Source: Nitrosopumilus maritimus SCM1 (GTDB taxonomy: Archaea; Thermoproteota; Nitrososphaeria; Nitrososphaerales; Nitrosopumilaceae). Taken from it: DNA of 32,000 bases. Below the pieces are notes generated by a model. The model saw only the letters and a program-made list of their open reading frames with translations. It did no database searches and had not been told where the DNA came from. The stretch's first letter is position 1, and each line of letters opens with the position of its first letter. The DNA lies in NCBI RefSeq assembly GCF_000018465.1, contig NC_010085.1, forward strand, positions 690,001-722,000, in the 5' to 3' direction. Below are positions 1-8,676 of this stretch, piece after piece. The translations under genes and the position numbers were made by a program.

Positions 1-203
1 GAATGGTATTCAATGTATTCCAATCTAACCAATTAACAAAATTTTATGAAATGTTTTGAAAATATGTTTTTGTTTGTTGATCTATGAAAATTAAATTTTA
101 CAATATTTTTAGATCATTATTGTAATTTTTCATACTAAATGTTAAATACTAAAATTTCCTATAAGAATTGATGTCGTTAGTTACAAAATCTAACGAATAA
201 ACT

Positions 204-297
204 GCGTAGCCCCGCAGAACGATAAAGGCACTCAAACATTGTGATGTTTGACCACGAGAGGGAATCTCTCATAGTTCTGCAATTAGGGGGTTGCGCC
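204..297 (+). ncRNA. Candidate structured small RNA with a three-way junction; family unknown
   Basis: Outer helix 204-213/287-296 (10 bp, including 2 G-U pairs that only work on the + strand). Second helix GCAGAAC 214-220 / GTTCTGC 274-280. Hairpin CAAACAT-TGTG-ATGTTTG at 233-250. Hairpin GAGAG-GGAAT-CTCTC at 256-270. A T5 tract follows at 298-302. The segment is locally GC-rich in an AT-rich spacer and carries no ORF. Confidence 0.45.
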
Positions 298-337
298 TTT
301 TTAATTTCTCAAAAATCTTGGTTACTCGAAAATTTTT

Positions 338-1429
338 CTATGTAACTATCTCATCTAGTCTGTCTTCTTCTTGAGCTCGTTTGATTTCCATGGCAATTCT
401 TCTGCCAACTCCGAATGTTTGTCCGTATTGGTATTTTGTATATGGACTAGTTGTTGCAACAATTGGATTTCCTGGAACACGTAATGATACATCATATACG
501 ATTAATTCCAAATCTTTTGTGATTACACTTTGAAGTGAGAATGGACCAATAATTCCTGGAGCGTATTCTCTTTTTACTGCATTGACAAACTTGTCTCCCA
601 TTTTGAGTACTTTTTCTAGTAATGACTCTCTAATACTTGCAGGTGTATGGCCTACCTCAATATTTTGCAAATCTACATCAATGTCAAGTTGTTGTTTTGC
701 AGGTAATGCATTAAAGTCCATGAGGTTTGTTTGAAGCCTTCTCTCAATTCCAATAAAGTCAACTTGGTCTGAAATTGGAGTGTGGAAGAAATTAAAATTC
801 ATGTATGTTCCAATTGCCAATTCTTCAATACTTGCTTTTTCTAGATCTTTTCTTGCAATTACTCCTTGTTTGATTTTCTCTTCAGATGTCTTAACATAAT
901 CTTTGTAAGATGATACTGTGAAAAATGCTCTTTCTAATGGTCTGTTTTTTTCTTGTACTTTGACGATACATGGTTTGTTGATTCTTTTAGGGTCTTTGAA
1001 TAATTTTGGATACTTTATTCTGGCTTTTTCTAAAAGATAGTATTGTCCTTTCTTTGCAGTTCTTTCTTCAGCTTGGAACAACTTTCTATTTCCAAAAATT
1101 GGTACTTTGAAGGAATTTTCAATTGTCTTGTAACCTAGATAGACTGTAAGGGAGCGATGTGGAACAATAATTGTATTTGATTCTCTTAATTCTTTTTGAA
1201 TTTTGGCTGAAGCCATATCCTTGAATTTGTTTAATACTGTAATCTCGTCAGCAATTCTGTTGAATCTCTGGTATGGTCCTTCTCTACCTTTTTGACAAAA
1301 TACTCTGGTCTGAAAATCCTCATCTTTTGCACCATCCATAATCTCAAGTGCAGAGTGGCTCCCAAGAACGCCTATTCTCACATCTGAGTACTCGTTAACA
1401 ATTTTCTTGATCTCAGAACTCTTAATCAC
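338..1429 (-). CDS. purP: 5-formaminoimidazole-4-carboxamide ribonucleotide (FAICAR) synthetase, ATP-grasp, PurP family
   Basis: 363-aa ORF. The N-terminal IGVLGSHSALEIMDGAKDEDF...GREGPYQRF and the overall length match archaeal PurP. It lies in a purine-gene context. Confidence 0.85.
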   Translation of the reverse strand: MIKSSEIKKIVNEYSDVRIGVLGSHSALEIMDGAKDEDFQTRVFCQKGREGPYQRFNRIADEITVLNKFKDMASAKIQKELRESNTIIVPHRSLTVYLGYKTIENSFKVPIFGNRKLFQAEERTAKKGQYYLLEKARIKYPKLFKDPKRINKPCIVKVQEKNRPLERAFFTVSSYKDYVKTSEEKIKQGVIARKDLEKASIEELAIGTYMNFNFFHTPISDQVDFIGIERRLQTNLMDFNALPAKQQLDIDVDLQNIEVGHTPASIRESLLEKVLKMGDKFVNAVKREYAPGIIGPFSLQSVITKDLELIVYDVSLRVPGNPIVATTSPYTKYQYGQTFGVGRRIAMEIKRAQEEDRLDEIVT

Positions 1430-1550
1430 ATGATTCCTTGAAATTAGGATCTAATATAGCTAATTTCCATTTTTCAGGATCGCATAGAATCACAAGATTT
1501 TTCTGAATTGTCATTAGAAAATAACTGTGCTGTATCATTTTGAATTGCAA

Positions 1551-1670
1551 ATGGCAGGTGTAATACTACTAACTGCTATGGCTATTGGAGGAATCAGTCT
1601 TTGGTTTAAACGACGAAGAGAGAGAAAAGAGTTTGAGGAATCTTTCAAAAATGATGAGCCTTCTATCTAG
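1551..1670 (+). CDS. Possible 39-aa single-pass membrane microprotein
   Basis: ATG ORF translated by hand: MAGVILLTAMAIGGISLWFKRRRERKEFEESFKNDEPSI. It has a hydrophobic helix followed by a basic/acidic tail. It is too short for the ORF track. Confidence 0.3.
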   Translation: MAGVILLTAMAIGGISLWFKRRRERKEFEESFKNDEPSI

Positions 1671-1727
1671 TGCTAAGAACGTCATTTCATCTAATACATA
1701 AAATACTCTGTATTGTAATGTTCTTTA

Positions 1728-2285
1728 TTGAAACTAATCATTGGAATTACTGGTAGCACTGGAGTAATCTATGGAATCCGAATGCTTGAGACTCTGAAAA
1801 AACTAAACATCGATACTCATTTGATAATGTCAGAGTGGGGAGCAAAATGTATTCCAATGGAAACTGAATTTACGGTTGATTATGTAAAATCTCTTGCAAC
1901 CGAAGTCTCTGATGAAAAAAACATGGCTGCTAGTATTTCGAGTGGTACACATAGAATTGATGGGATGATTGTTGCGCCCTGTAGTATGAAGACATTAGCT
2001 GCAATTGCTAACGGATATGATGATACTCTTGTAGCTCGTGCAGCAGGAGTTACAATCAAAGAGTCTAGAAAATTAATTTTGATGGTAAGGGAAACTCCCT
2101 TGTCTGCAATTCATCTAGAAAACATGCTAAAACTTTCAAGATTAGGTATTGTCATTTTACCTCCTGTAACTGAATTTTACACTAAACCAAAATCTATTGA
2201 TGATATTGTAAATCATGGTGTTGGAAAATGTCTAGACCAATTTGATATTGAACACAATTTATACCCTAGATGGGGTTCATCCTAA
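1728..2285 (+). CDS. ubiX: Flavin prenyltransferase UbiX (prenylated-FMN synthase)
   Basis: 185 aa with a TTG start. MKLIIGITGSTGVIYGIRMLETLK, APCSMKTLAAIANGYDDTL and RETPLS motifs are typical of the UbiX/Pad1 flavoprotein family. Confidence 0.85.
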   Translation: MKLIIGITGSTGVIYGIRMLETLKKLNIDTHLIMSEWGAKCIPMETEFTVDYVKSLATEVSDEKNMAASISSGTHRIDGMIVAPCSMKTLAAIANGYDDTLVARAAGVTIKESRKLILMVRETPLSAIHLENMLKLSRLGIVILPPVTEFYTKPKSIDDIVNHGVGKCLDQFDIEHNLYPRWGSS

Positions 2286-2292
2286 ATCATAA

Positions 2293-2721
2293 TTGCCACA
2301 ATTCTCTTTTGAAAAAACCAGTACTGCTAGTAGAGATGCTGTCTATAGAGTTTTTTCAGATTATGAGAACTATCAAAGAACATCTCCAGAGTTTTTTCCA
2401 TCAATTCGAATTCGTTCTGTTAGAAATAACGTTGCAGTAGTTGAAGAGCATATGAATTTGGGAGATGAAGAGTTTGTAATCATGGCAAAACACGTTACTG
2501 ATGAGCCAGTACTACATGATGTTTATGTCATTGGGGGTGATGCAAAGGGCTCTCACATTCAAGAACAATTCATTGAAACTCCTGAAGGGACAAAAATACT
2601 AGTTGATGTTGATTTGAAATTAAAGGGAAAGATGAAACTTGGTGGAATGTTTTCAAAAAATCGATATCAAGAAAATTATGAAGAGATTTTAGATAATTTT
2701 ATCAAAATTGCTGAAAATTAA
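2293..2721 (+). CDS. SRPBCC (START/polyketide-cyclase-like) superfamily protein
   Basis: 142 aa. The N-terminal pattern (SRDAVYRVFSDYENYQR..PEFF) and the length fit the SRPBCC fold. It sits 7 nt downstream of ubiX. Confidence 0.55.
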   Translation: MPQFSFEKTSTASRDAVYRVFSDYENYQRTSPEFFPSIRIRSVRNNVAVVEEHMNLGDEEFVIMAKHVTDEPVLHDVYVIGGDAKGSHIQEQFIETPEGTKILVDVDLKLKGKMKLGGMFSKNRYQENYEEILDNFIKIAEN

Positions 2722-2924
2722 TCAGATTTTGCTTCTTTGTCTTTGAAATCTTTAAGCTCTTTTTCACCTTCAATCTTGCCTTTCTCAAATTCTCCTTTGG
2801 CTTTACCGAAGGTTTTTGCTAGTTCTGGAATTTTCTTTGCACCAAAAATTAACACTACTGCAATAACGATAATGAATATCCATTCTTGGCCAGCAATGAA
2901 ATTGGCTAGATTCATTCCAAACAT
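2718..2924 (-). CDS. tatA: Twin-arginine translocase subunit TatA/E
   Basis: 68 aa with an N-terminal TM helix followed by FGAKKIPELAKTFGKAKGEFEKGK, the TatA hinge/amphipathic-helix signature. It is adjacent to tatC. Confidence 0.85.
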   Translation of the reverse strand: MFGMNLANFIAGQEWIFIIVIAVVLIFGAKKIPELAKTFGKAKGEFEKGKIEGEKELKDFKDKEAKSD

Positions 2925-2952
2925 TTCTGTGTCTCTTTAACCAAATTCGGAT

Positions 2953-3744
2953 TTAAGTGTTCAACTTTTTGCGTTCTTTACGCTCAATGAGCATCATGCC
3001 TGTAACATACAATGCAATCATAGGTCCTGCAATAAACCACATAGTTACACCACTGCCATCAGGAGTAATAATTGCGCCAAAGATCACAATTATGACAATT
3101 GCATATCTGATGTTTTTTCGCCAAAAATCTGCATCAACCATGCCTGATGCAGATATTGCATACATTACAAGAGGAAGTTGAAATGAAAATCCAAATGCTA
3201 ACAAAAATTGTAATACGAATGTGACAAATTCTATCACATTAAGAAATGTGACCAGCCCTGCAGATTCACCATATCTGTACAAAAATTCTAAGATGTATGG
3301 GATTACTAGATTGTAAGAGAATGCACACCCTGTAATGAACAACCCTAGTGCTGGAATTGTAATACTACGACTAACATTGATTTCATTTTCTTTGAGAGCT
3401 GGTTTGATGAATCCAACTAATTCTTTGATGATTACTGGCATCCCAACTACAATTCCAACTAGTGCTGCAATGTAAACTTGAGCAAAGAATGCTTGACCTG
3501 GAGCTGTTTGAATTAACTGAACATCTTCTGGTACCAAATTCACTTTCATGTGATTTGTGATTTGAGCTGCAATGTTGTTTAGTGGTTCAGGTGTTGGATA
3601 GTACAGTGTGGTTTGGCCCACTTGAATTGGTTCAGCATGGAATGTTAGAATGAATGCTGTGATTACTCCAATCACTAAGACAATTCTTAGTAATCTCTTT
3701 CTTAATTCCTCAAAATGCTGATTGATGCCATCCAACTCTGACAT
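2953..3744 (-). CDS. tatC: Twin-arginine translocase subunit TatC
   Basis: 263-aa polytopic membrane protein. HFEELRKRLLRIV at the N-terminus is the typical TatC start. Confidence 0.85.
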   Translation of the reverse strand: MSELDGINQHFEELRKRLLRIVLVIGVITAFILTFHAEPIQVGQTTLYYPTPEPLNNIAAQITNHMKVNLVPEDVQLIQTAPGQAFFAQVYIAALVGIVVGMPVIIKELVGFIKPALKENEINVSRSITIPALGLFITGCAFSYNLVIPYILEFLYRYGESAGLVTFLNVIEFVTFVLQFLLAFGFSFQLPLVMYAISASGMVDADFWRKNIRYAIVIIVIFGAIITPDGSGVTMWFIAGPMIALYVTGMMLIERKERKKLNT

Positions 3745-3771
3745 TTGATCACTTCATGCTTTAAGCTATAT

Positions 3772-4236
3772 CTATTTGCCGGGAATTGGCAATAGTTTTG
3801 CTTCAGGCAATCCATCTTCTTTTAGTTGTTCTATGGTAATATTGTCAAATTCTAAGGAAATTATGGCCTTTGTGTTGAATTTGGATTCCATCTCTTTTGC
3901 CAAATTTGCAATGTCCTTACTTGAGTAGATTTCTTGTGAATCCTTTAAGAAAATCCTTTCTCCTTTTTCCATCTCTTTTCCACCAAATTTACCTTGAAGG
4001 AAACTGGTTATCTCAGGTAGTTCTTTTCTGTCTATGTTGTTATGAAAATAGCAAATTCCTTTTACTGATTCGTAATCATATGCTGTGCCATTTCGATACA
4101 TGAAAACTCCGATAAAATGTGCTTCATCTTCTGGTTCTCTTACGCATTTTATCTCCCAATTTAGCAAGTTCTCTTCTTTGTAATTGAATCCCTCCATCTC
4201 TTCAGATGTGATCTTCCAATATCTTGATCTTGCCAT
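3772..4236 (-). CDS. Hypothetical protein
   Basis: 154-aa ORF with non-repetitive, protein-like composition. I recognise no family. Confidence 0.5.
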   Translation of the reverse strand: MARSRYWKITSEEMEGFNYKEENLLNWEIKCVREPEDEAHFIGVFMYRNGTAYDYESVKGICYFHNNIDRKELPEITSFLQGKFGGKEMEKGERIFLKDSQEIYSSKDIANLAKEMESKFNTKAIISLEFDNITIEQLKEDGLPEAKLLPIPGK

Positions 4237-4350
4237 GTTGATTTATCAAAATTCATCTGATATAAATTCCAATATTGCCTAACCGTGGCTAATTTCTAAT
4301 TGCGGCAATTCATCACCCTTCTTTTATACGTAAAACAAGCATAACATGCG

Positions 4351-4506
4351 TTGGGAGACCGAATCACTGTTGTACTGAAAACTGAGTATACTGAAAAACT
4401 TCGTAATATTCAAGCTAAGATGATTAGAACCTCATCAAAATCAGTCAGCTTCTCACATGTTTTGAATTTGGTTCTAAGTGAAGGATTAAAAAAATACAAA
4501 GCATAA
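4351..4506 (+). CDS. Small ribbon-helix-helix (CopG/Arc/MetJ-like) DNA-binding protein
   Basis: Hand-translated 51-aa ORF with a TTG start: LGDRITVVLKTEYTEKLRNIQAKMIRTSSKSVSFSHVLNLVLSEGLKKYKA. It shows a beta-strand plus two-helix RHH pattern. TTTTATAC lies about 24 nt upstream, and a 13-bp palindrome AATTGCGGCAATT lies at 4298-4310. Confidence 0.5.
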   Translation: MGDRITVVLKTEYTEKLRNIQAKMIRTSSKSVSFSHVLNLVLSEGLKKYKA

Positions 4507-4553
4507 TTACAACAATGCAATTGTTCATTTACTATCTCTAATCTCAATTAAAC

Positions 4554-4940
4554 ATGACAAAACAAGAAAACCCTCTTTATCCAATAGATATTGATGATTA
4601 TCCAAAACTCTTTGATTATGTTTTAACTGCTGATGGGTTGATTCACTTTCAGTCTTTGAAAAGAAATTATGTTTTAGGAAAAACCTTGACTCAGGATGAA
4701 TACAATAAACTTCGCTTATTGTATGTCTATTATGCTACTGCAAATCGAAATACATCTGAAGTATTTGCGTGGCAAGATCTTTGTGTGACTCTTGACAATC
4801 AAGGAATTATTGAAAAGGAGATGTATCAATCAAAAGAAGATTTGAAAAAACAACAACTCATAACTGAAAATCCATACTATGTCTCAGGTTTATATCGAAA
4901 ATACACTGAATTTGTAAAAAACAATATGAATTCAAAGTAA
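4554..4940 (+). CDS. Hypothetical protein downstream of the RHH gene
   Basis: 128-aa ORF, 47 nt after the RHH ORF on the same strand. No recognisable family. Confidence 0.5.
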   Translation: MTKQENPLYPIDIDDYPKLFDYVLTADGLIHFQSLKRNYVLGKTLTQDEYNKLRLLYVYYATANRNTSEVFAWQDLCVTLDNQGIIEKEMYQSKEDLKKQQLITENPYYVSGLYRKYTEFVKNNMNSK

Positions 4941-4989
4941 CCGATTCTGGGCCGGGTAATATCTGCACAACACAAGTCCTCAGAATCGG
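4941..4989 (+). other. Stem-loop: 9-bp perfect stem, extendable to 11 bp with one bulge, loop about 27 nt
   Basis: CCGATTCTG at 4941-4949 pairs with CAGAATCGG at 4981-4989. It starts immediately after the stop codon at 4938-4940 and lies about 90 nt upstream of purS. Confidence 0.4.
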
Positions 4990-5076
4990 AAACTTTACTG
5001 CTTATTTCAAAATAAGTATAAAAGCACAAAATTATTCGGAAGATAGATTAACCTCGATTCAATTCTGCAAATTATT

Positions 5077-5337
5077 ATGGCAACATACAATGTCCATGTA
5101 ACTATTGAAAACAAGCCTGGAATTAGTGATCCTGAAGGCGACACCATTCTTAATGATTTAGTCCTAAAAGGAACTCACAAAACTGTGTCCAAAATTAAAA
5201 CAGCTAAAATGTTAAAATTCACAATCAAAGAAAAAGACAAAAAAACTGCTCAATCCAAAGTTCAAGAAATCTGTGATGATTTACGTATCTACAATCCTAT
5301 GGTAAGCAAAGTCACGATTGATGTTTTTGACGCCTAG
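5077..5337 (+). CDS. purS: Phosphoribosylformylglycinamidine synthase subunit PurS
   Basis: 86 aa. KPGISDPEGDTI is the PurS signature. It lies upstream of purQ/purL. Confidence 0.85.
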   Translation: MATYNVHVTIENKPGISDPEGDTILNDLVLKGTHKTVSKIKTAKMLKFTIKEKDKKTAQSKVQEICDDLRIYNPMVSKVTIDVFDA

Positions 5338-5756
5338 GATTTTTCAGAATCTATGTTATCTAACATTCCATTAATCAAGAGTTTACTGCGTAAAAACTCT
5401 GCCAAATTTGTTTGAGTGATGACTCCTACTAGTTTTTCATCTTCAAGAATGATTAGTCTGCGAATATTGTTATTTAACATCTTTTGAACAGCGTCTTCAA
5501 TTGGTGTGTCTGGACTGACCCATCGAAATTTCTTTGACATGATATCTTCAATTAAAACTGATGATGCTTTTTGATCTTCAGCTGTTACTTTTTGAACAAT
5601 GTCTCTTTCTGAAATAACTCCTATTGGCTTTTCATCTTTAATTATTACCAAAAAACTGATCTCTTTTTCTTTTAGAATACTTGCTGCATCATGTGCTGTT
5701 TTATCATATTCAATAGTTATGACATTTTTTTGCATGATGTCTCGTACATGAGCCAT
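5334..5756 (-). CDS. CBS-domain pair protein
   Basis: 140 aa with two CBS repeats (IMQKNVITIEYD...GVISERDIV and IMSKKFRWVSPD...GVITQTNL). Confidence 0.8.
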   Translation of the reverse strand: MAHVRDIMQKNVITIEYDKTAHDAASILKEKEISFLVIIKDEKPIGVISERDIVQKVTAEDQKASSVLIEDIMSKKFRWVSPDTPIEDAVQKMLNNNIRRLIILEDEKLVGVITQTNLAEFLRSKLLINGMLDNIDSEKS

Positions 5757-5827
5757 GCGATCACGATTGTATTTCCGCTAATAATTTTTTCTGACTAGAC
5801 TCAAATTAAATATCGCGAGATCTAATT

Positions 5828-6514
5828 ATGAATGTGAAAGTTGGAGTTGTAGTTTTTCCTGGCAGTAATTGTGATCGTGATATGTATCATGTTTTAACTG
5901 ATGTCTTTAATCTAGATGCACAGTACTATTGGCATGAAAAATCTCTCCCAAAAAATATTGATGCCGTAATTCTTCCAGGTGGGTTTTCGTATGGTGATAG
6001 ACTTCGTGCAGGAGTGATTGCTGCTCATAGCCCTATCATTAAAGATGTTCAAAAAATGGCAAAAAAAGGAATTCCTGTTTTAGGAGTGTGTAATGGATTT
6101 CAAATTCTAGTTGAATCTGGTCTCTTACCTGGTGTTTTACTCAAAAATGAATCTTTGAACTTTATGTGCGAATGGACAAATCTGGTTGTTGAAAACAACA
6201 AGACTCCATTTACAAACCAATTCAAACTACAACAAAAAATTCCAATTCCCATAGCAAATGGTGAAGGAAGGTATTATGTTGATGATAATACTTTGAAAGA
6301 ATTAAAGAAGAAAAATCAAATCGTGTTTAGGTATGATGAAGTGGTAAATGGTTCTTCAAACAGAATAGCAGGCGTTTGTAATGAGGATGGAAATGTTGTT
6401 GGTATGATGCCTCATCCTGAGCGAGCTGTTGAATCAGAAATTAATCCAATTGATAACAAACCATCTTCTCTAATCTTTGAATCTCTATTATCTAAAATGG
6501 GTGTTAGTAATTGA
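5828..6514 (+). CDS. purQ: Phosphoribosylformylglycinamidine synthase, glutaminase subunit PurQ
   Basis: 228 aa. VVVFPGSNCDRD, GVCNGFQ (nucleophile Cys) and MMPHPER are class-I amidotransferase/PurQ motifs. Confidence 0.9.
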   Translation: MNVKVGVVVFPGSNCDRDMYHVLTDVFNLDAQYYWHEKSLPKNIDAVILPGGFSYGDRLRAGVIAAHSPIIKDVQKMAKKGIPVLGVCNGFQILVESGLLPGVLLKNESLNFMCEWTNLVVENNKTPFTNQFKLQQKIPIPIANGEGRYYVDDNTLKELKKKNQIVFRYDEVVNGSSNRIAGVCNEDGNVVGMMPHPERAVESEINPIDNKPSSLIFESLLSKMGVSN

Positions 6515-8676
6515 GTTTAGAGCCCCAAGAACTAACCGAACTAAAATCCAAAATTGGAAGAGAACCTACTTCTACTGAATTACAAATTATTGCCGCAGAA
6601 TGGTCTGAACACTGTTCATACAAATCATCAAAACGACATCTCAAAATGCTTCCAATGAAAGGACCTCTTGTTATCACTGAGAAAGGATATGATTCTGGTG
6701 TTTTGGATGTTGGTGATGGATATGTCGTTACTGCTCATATTGAAAGCCATAACCATCCTTCTGCAGTAGAACCCTATGGTGGAGCTGCAACAGGAGTCGG
6801 TGGTGTGATTCGTGATATCTTGTCTGCAGGAACACGTCCTATTGCAATATTTGATGGATTGCGATTTGGAGATATTGAAAAAGACCAACAAGCAAGATGG
6901 TTGTTCAAAAATGCTGTTACTGGAATTGCTGATTATGGAAACTGTTTAGGAATTCCAACAATTGGTGGTGAGGTTGAATTTGACAAGTGCTATGAAAACT
7001 ATGCACTAGTAGATGTTGCTGCTGTTGGTTTTGGCAAAAAAGAGAATTTGATCAAAAACCATGCCAAAAAAGGTGACATTGTTGTATTGATGGGTGGTTC
7101 TACAGGAAGAGATGGAATTGGAGGTTCACAATTTGCATCTGATTCACTAGAATCTGAAGATCGTTCTGCTGTTCAAATTCCTGACCCCTTCATTGAGAAA
7201 TTAATTATTGAAGCAATTTTGGAGGCAAGAAATGACAAACTCATTCATGCAATGAAAGACTTGGGTGGAGGTGGATTGTCCTGTGCTATCTCTGAAACTG
7301 CTGATGCATTAGAGATAGGAATTGAAATGGATGTAGACAAAGTACACACCCGTGAATCTGGCATGCATCCTGATGAGATTATGGTTTCAGAATCTCAAGA
7401 AAGAATGTTAATTGTAACTAGTAAAACTAAATTCAAAAAACTACAAGCAATCTGTAAAAAATTTAGAATTGGTTGTTCTGTTATTGGTACCGTAAAGTCT
7501 GATAACCAAATGCATGTCAAAAAAGGCAAAAAGACTTTTGCGAATCTTCCTACTGATGTAGTTGCAAATGCAACATTGCTTGATTTACCCTCAAAAGAAC
7601 CTACATATCTCAAAACTATTGAAAAAGAAAAGAAACTCAAACCAATTTCAGATTATTCTAAAACTATGATGAAACTGCTTTCATCCCCAAACATTGCAAG
7701 TAAAATTTGGGTGTATGGACAATATGATCATGAAGTTGGAATTAGAACCGTAGTAAAACCTGGCAGAGATGCATCTGTGTTAAGATTAGATAATGGAAAA
7801 TTCCTTTCAGTGAAAATAGATGGTAATCCAAAACAATGTTACATTAATCCTAGAGAAGGTGCAATTGGATGCTTTGAAGAAGCATGCAGAAATGTTGTAT
7901 GCACTGGTGCAAAACCAATTGGAATGTTAGACCATCTTCAATTTGGCAGTCCGAAAGACCCTGAAATATTTTGGACATTTTTAGAATCCCTAAAAGGATT
8001 AACTGACTTTGCAAAAGACTTCAAAATCCCTTGTGTTGGAGGTAAAGTGAGCCTATACAATGAAACTCCTGATGGCCCTATCAAACCTACTCCTCTAATC
8101 GGTGTCTTGGGATTAATTGATAAAACTCCTCAAATCCCTCAAAGAATCAGTAAAGATGATTGTTTGATAATTGTTGGAGAAACTAAAGATGAACTTGGGG
8201 GTTCAGAATACTTTGAATACATCCATAAATTTATTGGAGGAAAATGTCCTGCAGTTGATTTTACTGAGTCAAAGAAAAACATGAAATCTGTTTTAGAAAT
8301 AATTCCAAAGAAACTCTTGAAATCTGTACATGATTGCTCTAAAGGTGGATTGGCAGTTGCAGTATCTGAATTATCTATGAATAATCAGATTGGCTGTAAA
8401 GTGGATTTAGATAAAGTTCCTGCCAAAAAACTAGATGTTGATAGAATTTTGTTTTCAGAAAGCCATTCTCGTTATCTTTTAACATTTGATAAGAAAAACC
8501 TCTCAAAAGTTGAAAAAATTCTCAAAAAGAACAAGACGTCTTACAACATTATAGGTCAATTTGGTGGCGAAAAAATCCAATTCACAAAGGGCAAAAAATC
8601 GATCATTGATCTAAGAGTTGATAAAGCGCAAAAAACTTGGTTAAATTCGTTAAAGGACTTGGTGCTACATGGATAA
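6511..8676 (+). CDS. purL: Phosphoribosylformylglycinamidine synthase subunit PurL (FGAM synthase II)
   Basis: 721 aa with a TTG start overlapping the purQ stop. WSEHCSYKSS, ESHNHPS and GGVIRD motifs are present. Confidence 0.9.
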   Translation: MSLEPQELTELKSKIGREPTSTELQIIAAEWSEHCSYKSSKRHLKMLPMKGPLVITEKGYDSGVLDVGDGYVVTAHIESHNHPSAVEPYGGAATGVGGVIRDILSAGTRPIAIFDGLRFGDIEKDQQARWLFKNAVTGIADYGNCLGIPTIGGEVEFDKCYENYALVDVAAVGFGKKENLIKNHAKKGDIVVLMGGSTGRDGIGGSQFASDSLESEDRSAVQIPDPFIEKLIIEAILEARNDKLIHAMKDLGGGGLSCAISETADALEIGIEMDVDKVHTRESGMHPDEIMVSESQERMLIVTSKTKFKKLQAICKKFRIGCSVIGTVKSDNQMHVKKGKKTFANLPTDVVANATLLDLPSKEPTYLKTIEKEKKLKPISDYSKTMMKLLSSPNIASKIWVYGQYDHEVGIRTVVKPGRDASVLRLDNGKFLSVKIDGNPKQCYINPREGAIGCFEEACRNVVCTGAKPIGMLDHLQFGSPKDPEIFWTFLESLKGLTDFAKDFKIPCVGGKVSLYNETPDGPIKPTPLIGVLGLIDKTPQIPQRISKDDCLIIVGETKDELGGSEYFEYIHKFIGGKCPAVDFTESKKNMKSVLEIIPKKLLKSVHDCSKGGLAVAVSELSMNNQIGCKVDLDKVPAKKLDVDRILFSESHSRYLLTFDKKNLSKVEKILKKNKTSYNIIGQFGGEKIQFTKGKKSIIDLRVDKAQKTWLNSLKDLVLHG

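Noticed and set aside
4941-5076. Purine or ZTP riboswitch upstream of purS
   Set aside because: The hairpin has neither the three-way junction with conserved loops of purine riboswitches nor the pfl/ZTP pseudoknot features, and these classes are not established in archaea. It is retained only as a generic stem-loop.
5817-5824. Octamer GATCTAAT shared between the purP upstream spacer (1448-1455) and the position just before the purQ ATG
   Set aside because: A single shared 8-mer in 32 kb of AT-rich sequence is roughly what chance predicts. The purC and purS upstream regions do not carry it.
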